Program-made: the position numbers and the translations under genes
Notes under the pieces: model-generated
Told to the model about the DNA's origin: nothing
Seen by the model: the letters and a program-made list of their open reading frames with translations, nothing else
Databases searched by the model: none
Part shown: in pieces, positions 49,236-58,929 of the stretch
Position numbering within the stretch: the stretch's first letter is position 1
Layout: the number at the start of each line of letters is the position of its first letter
From: an uncultured Phycisphaerales bacterium
GTDB taxonomy: Bacteria; Planctomycetota; B15-G4; CAYZWU01
Reading direction: 5' to 3'
DNA: 64,000 nt
Assembly: GCA_964542475.1 (NCBI GenBank)
Contig: CAZIUL010000009.1
Span: 65,818 to 129,817 of the forward strand

Positions 49236-51290
49236 CTATTGCTCATCATCCTTCACATCACCACGGGCAAATATACTCGCCACGAAGTTCAACACATCGG
49301 TTGCACAAATATCGCAGTAACCGTGGTTCCTTATCAGCCGCGACTTGACAACATCAATCTTCTCCTGCGTGTCCTTGTCCACAACGGTGGAGATGAGGCT
49401 TGTCAGCTTGATCGTGTCTTTCTGATCTTCGAAAAGCTTCAATTCCAGCGCCTTTTGGAGACGTTCGTTCGACTGCCATGTAAAAGACTTGCCCTCAACC
49501 GCCAGGGCGCCTATGTAGTTCATTATCTCCCGCCTGAAATCGTCCTTGCGGGAATCAGGAATACCTATCTTCTCTTCAATGGACCGCATCAACCTCTCAT
49601 CCGGCTCATCGTCATGGCCGGTGTACTTGTTCTTGATCTTCTCCTTCTGGGTATATGCTTTCACGTTGTCCAGGTAGTTTCCGCAAAGCTTCGCGACCGA
49701 CTCTTCATCCGCTGATATTGCGCGCTGGACTTCGTTCTTGACGATATCCTCGTACTCTTCCTTTACCATGGACAGAAGATCCCTGTACCGCTTCTTCACA
49801 TCTTCAGATGTGATGAGGGAGTGATGGGAAAGCCCTTCCTCCAGCTCGTTCATGACCATGAACGGATTGACGCACGGCTCGCCTGTATCGGTGACCAGGG
49901 CGTTGGAAACCTTGTCCTGAATGTAGCGGGGAGAGACACCGTCCATGCCTTCCCTGACAGCCTCCATCTGAAGCTCTTTTATGTTGTCCTTGGTAAAGCC
50001 GGGCAGAGTCTTCCCGTTGTAGAGCTTGAGCTTCTGGAGCACCGACAGGTTGGCGTTTTTAGGCTCTTCCAGGCGCGTCAGAATGGCCCACATCGCGGCG
50101 ATCTCTACCGTGTGGGGCGCGATGTGCTTGCCCGATATAACGGTGTTGCTGTAGTCTTTGCGGTATATCTTGATCTCTTCGTCAAGCATGATGTTGTAGG
50201 GGATGTCGATCTTGATTGTCCTGTCCCTGAAGGCCTCCATGAGCTCGTTGTTCTGGAGCTTGCGGTATTCGGGCTCGTTTGTGTGGCCGATGATCACCTC
50301 GTCGATATCCGTCTGCGGGAACTTTTTCGGCTTGACTGAATGTTCCTGGGAAGCGCCAAGCAGATCGTACAAAAACGCAACATCCAGCTTCAGCACCTCG
50401 ATGAACTCGATGATACCGCGGTTTGCGATGTTGAACTCGCCGTCGAAGTTGAACGCCCTGGGATCTGAGTCGGACCCGTAAAGGGCTATCTTCCGGTAGT
50501 TGATATCTCCGGTAAGTTCGGTTGAATCCTGGTTTTTTTCATCCTTTGGCTGAAACGTTCCAATCCCCTTCCGGTCCTCCTCCGAGAGAAGAAGCCGGTT
50601 CGCCTTCACATGGCCAAGGATCTTATCCCACTCACCGTTGTATTTGTTCATCAAGCTGGTGAAGTAATACCGGCAGTGCGGACAAAGAGACCCTTCGACT
50701 GAAAGCAGATAATCGGAGCTGTGCTTCTGGTTAAGATCATCGACGATTTCCCGGCGCGCCTCCTCGGGGATAATTCGCAGCGGCTCCTCGTTCATGGGGC
50801 ATGGCGTCCACTCCTCCTCTTCCGACATTCTCCATGAGAAGGTGAACTGCGGACCCTTTTCCGAGTGGGAGTAATGCTCCAATCCGCGTTTCATCAGCCT
50901 CACTATGGTTGACTTGGAGCTCCCCACTGGGCCGTGCAGGAGCAGCACGCGTTTTTCCACGCCGTATCCGTAGGCAGCCGATTTCAGGTTAGATACAAGA
51001 CGCATCAAGGGGCGTACCAACCCGAAAACAGCGTCTTTCCCGTCCCCAAGGACATCGTCGAAAAACTTGTAACGAATCAGGTTGTCCTTGGGATCTCCTA
51101 TCTCGAACGAACCGTAGCTTATGATCATCTCGTAAAGCCGCTGGAACGCGTTCCGTATTACCAAGGGATTTTCCCTGACCTTTTCGAGGTACTCCTCGAA
51201 GCTGCCCTCCCAGTGAAGCTCCTGGAATGCAGCAGGGTCAACACGCTGCTTAACGATTGAAATGTAATCACTTTTGCCGCTTTCCATCAT
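49236..51290 (-). CDS. prkA: PrkA-family serine protein kinase (AAA+ / kinase fusion)
   Basis: 684 aa. N-terminal P-loop [18 protein letters not shown]. PrkA-type C-terminal domain. Confidence 0.9.
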   Translation of the reverse strand: MMESGKSDYISIVKQRVDPAAFQELHWEGSFEEYLEKVRENPLVIRNAFQRLYEMIISYGSFEIGDPKDNLIRYKFFDDVLGDGKDAVFGLVRPLMRLVSNLKSAAYGYGVEKRVLLLHGPVGSSKSTIVRLMKRGLEHYSHSEKGPQFTFSWRMSEEEEWTPCPMNEEPLRIIPEEARREIVDDLNQKHSSDYLLSVEGSLCPHCRYYFTSLMNKYNGEWDKILGHVKANRLLLSEEDRKGIGTFQPKDEKNQDSTELTGDINYRKIALYGSDSDPRAFNFDGEFNIANRGIIEFIEVLKLDVAFLYDLLGASQEHSVKPKKFPQTDIDEVIIGHTNEPEYRKLQNNELMEAFRDRTIKIDIPYNIMLDEEIKIYRKDYSNTVISGKHIAPHTVEIAAMWAILTRLEEPKNANLSVLQKLKLYNGKTLPGFTKDNIKELQMEAVREGMDGVSPRYIQDKVSNALVTDTGEPCVNPFMVMNELEEGLSHHSLITSEDVKKRYRDLLSMVKEEYEDIVKNEVQRAISADEESVAKLCGNYLDNVKAYTQKEKIKNKYTGHDDEPDERLMRSIEEKIGIPDSRKDDFRREIMNYIGALAVEGKSFTWQSNERLQKALELKLFEDQKDTIKLTSLISTVVDKDTQEKIDVVKSRLIRNHGYCDICATDVLNFVASIFARGDVKDDEQ

Positions 51291-51410
51291 TGCCTCCCTC
51301 CGCTAAGGAGCTTTTTTATTTTTTTACCGGTTTGCTGGTAGCGATACCGCCTGCTCACCACTGTTTATAACGTATACATCGCCAGGATAACCGAAGAAAA
51401 CAATAGCAAA

Positions 51411-51427
51411 GGTTCAGAGGTTCAAAG
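51411..51427. repeat. Family-B repeat, left-end fragment (ggttcagaggttcaaag)
   Basis: Matches the left terminal inverted repeat of the 42075 and 37745 copies. Together with the right-end fragment at 54656-54684 it brackets the YfhO gene 51500-54442. Confidence 0.5.
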
Positions 51428-51499
51428 TTCTAGGTTTAAGGATACAGCCTGTAAGCATGGGAACCTGTTGTCAATCATTGATTTAGCAGGTGGATCATG

Positions 51500-54442
51500 T
51501 CAGGCCGGGGTCTCCCGCTTTTGCATTAGCCTGGTCAGGCCAGGCACTACAATGAACGCGAGGCACAAAAGAAGCGATGATAAAGCGATGTAGATCCCGC
51601 CATAAAAGGATGAGGGAGAGTACCTGAACTCAACCTCGTGCAGCCCCTCCTTCGCAAGCGGAACAGCACGAAAGCATGCGGTTGTTTTCAGTATCTGGAC
51701 CTCTTCACCATCCACAAACGCCTTCCAGCCGGGAAAATGGTTGTCTGTCAAAACAAGAAGCACCGGGCCTTCGTTTTTCGCCGAGAGACGGACATACTCG
51801 CTTTCGTAAACCTGGATATCCACCGACCCTTTCCCGCCCTTGGCAATGGGAGGCTCATTATGAAGAACCGGTTTGTTTCGCAGGTCGCTCCTCAAAACAT
51901 CCTCTATCGGATGGTCTTGCAGGTTGATCCAATCACCAACGATAAAGGCCCGCTTTCTTGCGTTGGTGTTTTCGTAGATCCTGACCTTTCCGTCGAAAAC
52001 CAGTTTGAACTTCTCGATCTTCGTCAAATCAAATTCGTTTTTGACAAGAACATACTTGATCCCCATGAAATCAAACAACGGGTGTTCCAGGTTGAAGTTC
52101 AAAACATTCAACTCGCGCGGCTTGGCAAGATGATCTCTTTTTATGTGATTGCATACTTTCCAGTACCCGTCGATTCCCAACCGATCATCCCACTCCATGT
52201 GTTCTATTCCGTACGGAAAGTTCGTGTTGGGCTGGAGTATGCCTCCTTCCGCGAAGATCCTGAACGGTTTTTCCCGGCTTGCAAAAAAATCGGTCACATC
52301 GGTGGGAGGATAGATGTCCTCTGTCGCTGATGTCTTGTTGTACCCCAGTCCAAAACAGCAAAGATCCAGGCCCAGCACCACAATCACCAGGGCGGCACGA
52401 AAAGCCGGGGGAAAGGTCCTGCTGAGCAGAAACAGAAACACCGCGACCGACAGGCAGAAAACAAGAAGGTCCTTCCGCGTCACGGTCTTTTCCCGGACAA
52501 GGCGCACATCGACCCAGTCGCCGTAAACGGCTTCTGAATCACCCTGGTTCGCACCGCCAGACTTCGACGGCATAACCCGTAGCTTATAAGTGCCCTCATC
52601 CAATGTGTCCAACGGATACGATAGCTCAAAACTTTTCGGGTACTTTTCGAGAGTAGCCCTATCTAACGATGCCGAGGGTTGATCCGTGCCTTCCTGTACG
52701 GCCGCGGCCCGGCCGGATTCTGTCTCCAGGCCGGAGGCATCGACCGTGCGCACGTCGCCCGCGAAAAGGTTGTCCAGGGTCGCGCGGACGTGCTCCACAT
52801 CCCGCGCAGCCCTTCCCCTGATCACGAACTCGTCGAGCCCGTTCTGAATGGTGCCCTTGACAGGGGAAGAGATGAGGATCTTGGCCTCTGCCGGGCTATC
52901 CTCTCCCATCAGCTCCTTTCCGGTTTCGAAAAAAGTCCACCCTGACACAATGACAGCCCACAATACGACCAGAGATGCCACTACAACACCACAGACGGCA
53001 GCGCTTTTTCCCCTGATGTTTGCGGCCCTGAACAGGAGATCCTCCAAGCCGAACGGCGCGATCACCGCGATTGAAAAGGCGGTGACGCATAAGAGTGAGC
53101 TGTTGTGGATCCAGCCCAGGAAAGGGACGGCCTTCAGGATGTGCACGAGCCAGGGTATGCTGTGCACCGCGCCAAAAGAAAAAATGAATAAAAAGATGAA
53201 GAACTGCAGCGGCCGTCTTTTACAGGGAGCGACAAATGTATACAGGGCCAAAAAGGCGGTGATGACCCCTACATAACCGCCGTTCAGTGCAGAATACGAG
53301 ATATCTCCAACCGTCCGGCACCCCCCATTCGCTGCACCGTACAGCTCCGGGAACACCTGCATCAAAAGATGCGGCTTCGCACCCAGCCAGAACCCGATCC
53401 TGAGCGCCACGATGAGGCATAAACCGCCGAGGAGGCCGGACCATACACCGATAAAGATCGTGTTTTTCCGCTGCAGGAGACCGATGGACGCACCCACAAA
53501 GACCGGAAAGAGCAGGCCCATGAAGACACCGAAAAATGTCAGGAGCCTGCCCGCCCCCCCGTTTAGAAACTCGCTCCAGTTTCCGATTCTCATCTCAAGG
53601 CCATAGCTGTGCCTGAGGTATTCGAAAAAGGGCAGCAGCTGAAACGAGGCAAGGGCCGCGCCGAGTAAACCGGCTAGCGCGCCGTAAAAAAGCAGTGACA
53701 GGCCTTCGGATCCGAAAAACTCCGCCTCCTGCCTGATACGATACAGCAGATATAGCGCCCATGACAAAAACAGGACAAAAGAAGTTTCCGGGCTTCCTCC
53801 CAGGAACTGCAGTCCGAGGAGAACAGCGTTGAAAACGATCGTGACACCAGTTCTTCTTTTCAGGTAAAACTCCACTGCCAGAAACAGCGCCGGCAGGAAA
53901 AGAGCAACATTGGAATGGGGATGGTTCATCCAGCATACCTGGAATCCGCTGAACCCGAAGGCTATTGCCCCTACCAGGCAGCTCAAAAATCGAAGCCCAT
54001 AGGTACGGAGAAGCATGTAGGCGAACACAGCGCCGGCCAGGAGCTTCAAGCCTCCTGCCAGGCTCCAGAACAGATCGAACGGCACAACCAACCCAAGCCA
54101 GTTAAGGGGATAAAAACATGCACAGGACATGTTCCCCATGAACGGCGTACCCCCGCCGGCCAGGTGCGTCCACAAAGGGATTCTGCCCTGGCGAATAGCA
54201 TTCCATGTGTGCTGCATCCAGGGGAGAACGACAAGCGCCTGATGATCAAGGGCCGGATTGAACGCGGCTGAGCTGTCGCGTTCCGAGTTTTCCCACGGCT
54301 GGATCGAGTAAAGAGGTTCGATGCATATCCCGGCTCTTGAGCTGAACAGCCCGTCCGAAACCAGAAAGGCGGCAAAACACAAGAACAGGAGTACCGCAAT
54401 AATACCTTTTCTCATGGTTTTGAAATTTCCGCTGTCATTCAT
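51500..54442 (-). CDS. YfhO-family polytopic membrane glycosyl-/arabinosyl-transferase-like protein (980 aa)
   Basis: About 14 predicted TM helices in the N-terminal 500 aa. Large periplasmic C-terminal part ending with the YfhO-type motif VLTDNHFPGWKAFVDGEEV...HEVEFRYSP and a final TM helix. Confidence 0.65.
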   Translation of the reverse strand: MNDSGNFKTMRKGIIAVLLFLCFAAFLVSDGLFSSRAGICIEPLYSIQPWENSERDSSAAFNPALDHQALVVLPWMQHTWNAIRQGRIPLWTHLAGGGTPFMGNMSCACFYPLNWLGLVVPFDLFWSLAGGLKLLAGAVFAYMLLRTYGLRFLSCLVGAIAFGFSGFQVCWMNHPHSNVALFLPALFLAVEFYLKRRTGVTIVFNAVLLGLQFLGGSPETSFVLFLSWALYLLYRIRQEAEFFGSEGLSLLFYGALAGLLGAALASFQLLPFFEYLRHSYGLEMRIGNWSEFLNGGAGRLLTFFGVFMGLLFPVFVGASIGLLQRKNTIFIGVWSGLLGGLCLIVALRIGFWLGAKPHLLMQVFPELYGAANGGCRTVGDISYSALNGGYVGVITAFLALYTFVAPCKRRPLQFFIFLFIFSFGAVHSIPWLVHILKAVPFLGWIHNSSLLCVTAFSIAVIAPFGLEDLLFRAANIRGKSAAVCGVVVASLVVLWAVIVSGWTFFETGKELMGEDSPAEAKILISSPVKGTIQNGLDEFVIRGRAARDVEHVRATLDNLFAGDVRTVDASGLETESGRAAAVQEGTDQPSASLDRATLEKYPKSFELSYPLDTLDEGTYKLRVMPSKSGGANQGDSEAVYGDWVDVRLVREKTVTRKDLLVFCLSVAVFLFLLSRTFPPAFRAALVIVVLGLDLCCFGLGYNKTSATEDIYPPTDVTDFFASREKPFRIFAEGGILQPNTNFPYGIEHMEWDDRLGIDGYWKVCNHIKRDHLAKPRELNVLNFNLEHPLFDFMGIKYVLVKNEFDLTKIEKFKLVFDGKVRIYENTNARKRAFIVGDWINLQDHPIEDVLRSDLRNKPVLHNEPPIAKGGKGSVDIQVYESEYVRLSAKNEGPVLLVLTDNHFPGWKAFVDGEEVQILKTTACFRAVPLAKEGLHEVEFRYSPSSFYGGIYIALSSLLLCLAFIVVPGLTRLMQKRETPA

Positions 54443-54655
54443 GACCGCCCCAGGCGAACCTTTTTATGACCTGCCAAGGCAAGATATACTTTTCCGGACA
54501 GGAATACAAACAAAAGACCGTACTCTTCCGGCGGATCTGTTCGGTGTTCAGGAAAAGGGGGGTTCGCGAACCGCCTCTACACGATCAAATGAATCTATAC
54601 GTTCTTCTTGTGGGGCGGTCTCCTGCGGTTGCCCTCCGGGTTCGCGCGCCTTCCA

Positions 54656-54684
54656 CAACCTTGAACCTCTGAACCTTGAACCTC
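54656..54684. repeat. Family-B repeat, right-end fragment with internal duplication (caaccttgaacctctgaaccttgaacctc)
   Basis: Matches the right terminal inverted repeat of family B. Confidence 0.5.
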
Positions 54685-54958
54685 TTCATCCTCCTCCGCG
54701 ACCTTCGCGGCTTTGCGAGAGTTATTTCTTAAATTTCGAACATCCGGTGTATGGACAATCGCCTCGATTTTTGATTATCTGAACCCTTTGTTCGGGTGGT
54801 TTCATGAAACACTGCTCCTATACCAATACTGGAAAATGCTTACAGGCCCCTTTTCCCCTCAGGAAACGCGTGTTACCGGGGACGAAAAACGACCCCGGAA
54901 TAAACCCGAGCGGCCCGTTCCGGACAAGGACTAATCCTAAGGCCCCAGGCTGATATAA

Positions 54959-55675
54959 ATGTTCACAAGCGTAATCATACCGGTATTCAACGAGTCCTCC
55001 TGCATCGAGTGTAACATCGAGGCTGTCAACGCCTTCCTGGGGCAGCGTTTCCCGGACAAGAGCGAGATAATATGTGTTGACGACGGAAGCACTGACAACA
55101 GCCTGGAGATACTTGGCGGGCTGGCGGAACAAATGCCCCTGTCCGTGCTTTCCAACGGAAGCAACATGGGTAAAGGCGCGGCGATCCGGAACGGAATGCT
55201 CGCGGCCAAAGGCGAGATCCGCTTTTTCTTCGATGCCGACCTGTCAACGCCGCTGACCGAAATCGACAGGTTTCTGCCGCAGCTCGAAAAGGGCTTCGGC
55301 GTGGTCATAGGCAACCGCAAATCACGCGATGCCCGGATCAACAGGTACCAGCCCGTCTACCGCGTTCTGATGGGATTGGGATACACCCGCATGGTAAACC
55401 TCGTCATGGGCATGAAGGTATCCGACTACACGTGCGGCTTCAAAGCGTTTTCAGAAAAGGCCGCGGACCTGATCTTCAAAAGAGCCCGGATAAACGGCTG
55501 GTCGTTCGATGTCGAGATCCTCTACATCGCGCACAAGCTCGGCCTTGACTTGTGCGAGGTCCCCGTAACCTGGGAAGACAGGCCCGGGACCAAGGTGCGC
55601 CTGGTAAAAGACACAATACGTTCTTTTCTGGAGGTGCTCAGGGTGCGCAGGCTCCACCGCAGTTTGAGCGCCTGA
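54959..55675 (+). CDS. GT2-family polyprenol-phosphate glycosyltransferase (DPM1/ArnC/GtrB-like)
   Basis: IIPVFNES...ICVDDGSTDNS (DXD region) and a catalytic core ending before any TM. 238 aa. Divergent from the YfhO gene. Confidence 0.8.
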   Translation: MFTSVIIPVFNESSCIECNIEAVNAFLGQRFPDKSEIICVDDGSTDNSLEILGGLAEQMPLSVLSNGSNMGKGAAIRNGMLAAKGEIRFFFDADLSTPLTEIDRFLPQLEKGFGVVIGNRKSRDARINRYQPVYRVLMGLGYTRMVNLVMGMKVSDYTCGFKAFSEKAADLIFKRARINGWSFDVEILYIAHKLGLDLCEVPVTWEDRPGTKVRLVKDTIRSFLEVLRVRRLHRSLSA

Positions 55676-55823
55676 TGACCGATAAAGAACCGTGGCGGTC
55701 ATGGAATCGTCACTACAGGAATAGGCCCGGAATTTCGATGACAATCAAAACACATAACTTCGGACATACTGAAGAGTTGGCGGCAGAGAACTTCTTTTCA
55801 CAGCGCCGGCGGAATGACCAGAG

Positions 55824-57227
55824 ATGAACAAAGTAGTAACAATACTTGGAGCGGGGCTGACCGGGCTTAGCACAGGGTATGCTCTGGCGAAAGCCGGAGT
55901 CGCTGTCCGGATCATCGAAAAAGAGCACTATATCGGCGGACTCGCCACCAGCTTCGTCTCGGGCGATTTCACCTACGACCTGGGCCCGCACCGATTCCAC
56001 TCCCACGACGACAAGGTTCTCGATCATGTGAAGGATCTGCTTCTCGACAACTGGCACTACCGCGACCGACTCTCCAGGATCTTCATGAGAGACAGGTTCT
56101 TCAACTACCCGTTGAAAGCATCAAACGTGCTGAAAAACCTGCCAATGCCCTTCCTGGCCAAGGCGTTCGCGAATTACATCGGGATCCGAATCAGGAACAG
56201 CGTACGGCCGATACCTGACGACTGCTTCGAAAACTGGGTAATGAAGAGGTTTGGCAAAACCCTTTACGAGACGTTTTTCGGCATGTACACGGAAAAGGCA
56301 TGGGGCATGCCGTGCACGGAGATCTCAGCGGACTGGGCCGCCCAGAGGATCACCCTTCTTAACCTCTGGGACACGGTCAAAAAGACGTTGTACAAACCCA
56401 AGAACATGCCGAGAACGTACGTTTCCAAGTTCATCTATCCGATCAAAGGCGGCATCCGCGCGATCTGCGACCGCTACGCCGAAGAGATATGTAAAAACGG
56501 AGGCGAGATCATACTGGGGGCAAAGATCAAGGGGATCGAGACCAAAGGAACAAGAGCTCAAACGATTAGCTTTGAGGTCAAGGGTGCCATCCGCACGTTG
56601 GAAATCGAAAGGTTGGTTTCTACGATACCCTGCACCGTGCTTCTCGACTACGTTCATCCAGCCGCACCGGAACCGGTCAGGGCGGCGAACAGCGCCTTGA
56701 AGCACATCTCGATAGTGTTCGTAATACTCGACCTCGCGCTGGACAAACTGACAGACGATCACTGGATCTACCTGCCGGAGCACCACCTGACGATCCATCG
56801 CATATCAGAGTTCAAAAACTTCTCGGACCAATCCTCCCCTGCGGGCAAGACCGTGATCTGCGCGGAGATCACCTGCTCCAAGGGCGACAGGATCTGGAAC
56901 TCGGACCATGCAACAGTCAAAAACATCGTTGCAAAGGATCTACAGGTGCTCGGGTTGATCAAGCCGGGTGATGTGGGACGGGCGCGCATCCACAGGGCCT
57001 CTCACGCGTACCCCACTTACGATCTGAAATACAAGAACAACCTCGATACCCTGCTCGGGTACCACAACTCATTCGAGAATATACTCACAGCAGGGCGCCA
57101 GGGTCTCTTTAAATACAACAACATGGATCACTCGATCGAGATGGGGCTCGATGTGGCGGAATCCATCCTGACCGGAAAAAAACAGGGGCATGGAACAATC
57201 GCCTCCGAAAAGAAGTATTTCGGGTAA
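55824..57227 (+). CDS. FAD/NAD(P)-binding oxidoreductase (amine-oxidase / UDP-galactopyranose-mutase-like fold)
   Basis: N-terminal Rossmann motif VTILGAGLTGLSTGYALAKAGVAVRIIEKEHYIGG. 467 aa. Confidence 0.6.
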   Translation: MNKVVTILGAGLTGLSTGYALAKAGVAVRIIEKEHYIGGLATSFVSGDFTYDLGPHRFHSHDDKVLDHVKDLLLDNWHYRDRLSRIFMRDRFFNYPLKASNVLKNLPMPFLAKAFANYIGIRIRNSVRPIPDDCFENWVMKRFGKTLYETFFGMYTEKAWGMPCTEISADWAAQRITLLNLWDTVKKTLYKPKNMPRTYVSKFIYPIKGGIRAICDRYAEEICKNGGEIILGAKIKGIETKGTRAQTISFEVKGAIRTLEIERLVSTIPCTVLLDYVHPAAPEPVRAANSALKHISIVFVILDLALDKLTDDHWIYLPEHHLTIHRISEFKNFSDQSSPAGKTVICAEITCSKGDRIWNSDHATVKNIVAKDLQVLGLIKPGDVGRARIHRASHAYPTYDLKYKNNLDTLLGYHNSFENILTAGRQGLFKYNNMDHSIEMGLDVAESILTGKKQGHGTIASEKKYFG

Positions 57228-57244
57228 AACAAGGTATTGCTCAG

Positions 57245-58150
57245 ATGATGAACGAGCCGGCATACACGGAAGAGTTCCCTTGTCTGCTATGCAATGGCAG
57301 GGCCTACAACGTGCAGCACCGGAAAGAACCGTTCAAATCGGTCCGGTGCAAAGGATGCGGCCTGGTGTACATAACACCGCGCCTGGCCTCCAGGGCGATA
57401 ATCGACCTCTACAGCGAAAGCTACTGGAAATCCGACCGGGCCAAGGACTACGGCTACACCGACTACCTCGCCGACTCACAGCTCTACCTGTCGACTTTCA
57501 GGATGCGCTCACGCGTCATCGACAGGTACAAGCCCGTGCCCGGCAAGGTGCTGGATGTCGGGTGCGCCGCCGGTTTCTTCCTGAAGGTCATGGACGAAAA
57601 GGGGTGGGAAACCCACGGCGTGGAGGTGTCGGACACGGTGGCGGAGTTCGCCAGGACCCAACTGAACCTCTCAAACGTCCACACCGGAAACACGTCAACG
57701 CTGCAGGCCATGCCTGAAAAAGAGTTCGACGTGATCACCTTCTGGGACGTTGTCGAACACCTCGAAGATCCGGTTTCAGCGATCAGCGCCGCGCACCGTC
57801 TTCTCAAGGACGACGGAATAATAATCGTGGAAACGCAAAACGTCGAATCAGCCTTTGCCTACCTTCTTGGGCCGAGGTGGCAGCACTACAAGTACGAGGA
57901 GCACCTCTACCACTTCTCTCCACAGACGCTCAGGCTGCTGCTTTCCAGCGCCGGATTTCACATCGTGGAAAACACGGCCCGCTACGGCGGCAAAAAGGTA
58001 TCGATCAGCTTCATCGTCGAGAGGGTGGGAAAGCTGCATCCACTCTTAACAAAACTCTTGTCACCGCTGAAAATCATTGGAAACTGTAACCTGTACCTTA
58101 ACTTCTTCGATGAGATGATAGCGGTTGCCCGAAAAACCGGGCGCGGGTAA
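57245..58150 (+). CDS. Class I SAM-dependent methyltransferase with N-terminal Cys4 zinc ribbon
   Basis: CLLCNG...CKGCG, then methyltransferase motif I VLDVGCAAGFF, post-I and motif II. 301 aa. Confidence 0.7.
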   Translation: MMNEPAYTEEFPCLLCNGRAYNVQHRKEPFKSVRCKGCGLVYITPRLASRAIIDLYSESYWKSDRAKDYGYTDYLADSQLYLSTFRMRSRVIDRYKPVPGKVLDVGCAAGFFLKVMDEKGWETHGVEVSDTVAEFARTQLNLSNVHTGNTSTLQAMPEKEFDVITFWDVVEHLEDPVSAISAAHRLLKDDGIIIVETQNVESAFAYLLGPRWQHYKYEEHLYHFSPQTLRLLLSSAGFHIVENTARYGGKKVSISFIVERVGKLHPLLTKLLSPLKIIGNCNLYLNFFDEMIAVARKTGRG

Positions 58151-58152
58151 AG

Positions 58153-58929
58153 ATGCACGATCTGGCATATCATCAGTTTCTCAAGCTAGAGAAGTCGCAC
58201 TGGTGGTTCATCGGGCGGCGTCGCACAGTTTTCTCCATCCTCGAGCGGTATCTCGAACGGAACAAGAACGCCCGTGTAATGGATGTGGGATGCGGCTTCG
58301 GCGGCATGCTCGACAACCTGGCCGGGTTCGGCCACCCCATGGGATTGGAGATCGACCTGGAATCCGCGAGGTGCTGCAAACAGCGAGGATTCGAAGGCGT
58401 CTGCCTTGGTTCCGGATATTCCCTGCCGCTCAAGGACAACTCGCTCGACCTGATAACGCTTTTCGATACTCTCGAGCACATGAAAGACGACCGGAAGGTT
58501 GTCCGGCAGTGCGCAGCAGCGCTAAAGCCCGGCGGGCATCTCATGATCACCTCCCCTGCATACCAGTTCCTCTACGCGGACAACGATCGTATCGCCCAGC
58601 ACCAGCGCCGTTACACGCTCTCCAACCTGAAGCGGATTGTGAGCTCATCGGGCCTGGATGTTGTAAAAGGAACCTACTTCAACGTGCTCCTGTTTCCGTT
58701 GATTCTCCCAGCGGTGCTTCTGCTGAAAGCCAAGCAGGGGCTGTCGAGGATGCTCTTCAAAACAGCCGGAAGCGCGACAAACCTCTCGTACCGGTACCCG
58801 GGGCCGCTCCAAAGCGCTCTCAAATGCATCTTTTCTTTTGAACGCCACCTGCTGACAAGAATCTCTTCCCCTGCAGGGCACTCGATCGTGCTGATCGCTG
58901 TAAAACCGGAACCCGGGGAAAAAAGATGA
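58153..58929 (+). CDS. Class I SAM-dependent methyltransferase
   Basis: Motif I VMDVGCGFGGM. LKPGGHLMI (motif III). Start 3 bp after the previous stop. 4-bp overlap (ATGA) with the downstream YfhO gene. Confidence 0.7.
   Translation: MHDLAYHQFLKLEKSHWWFIGRRRTVFSILERYLERNKNARVMDVGCGFGGMLDNLAGFGHPMGLEIDLESARCCKQRGFEGVCLGSGYSLPLKDNSLDLITLFDTLEHMKDDRKVVRQCAAALKPGGHLMITSPAYQFLYADNDRIAQHQRRYTLSNLKRIVSSSGLDVVKGTYFNVLLFPLILPAVLLLKAKQGLSRMLFKTAGSATNLSYRYPGPLQSALKCIFSFERHLLTRISSPAGHSIVLIAVKPEPGEKR

Noticed and set aside
55552-55827. Short ORFs in the GT2/oxidoreductase spacer
   Set aside because: They overlap the 3' end of the GT2 gene in another frame, and no independent support was found.
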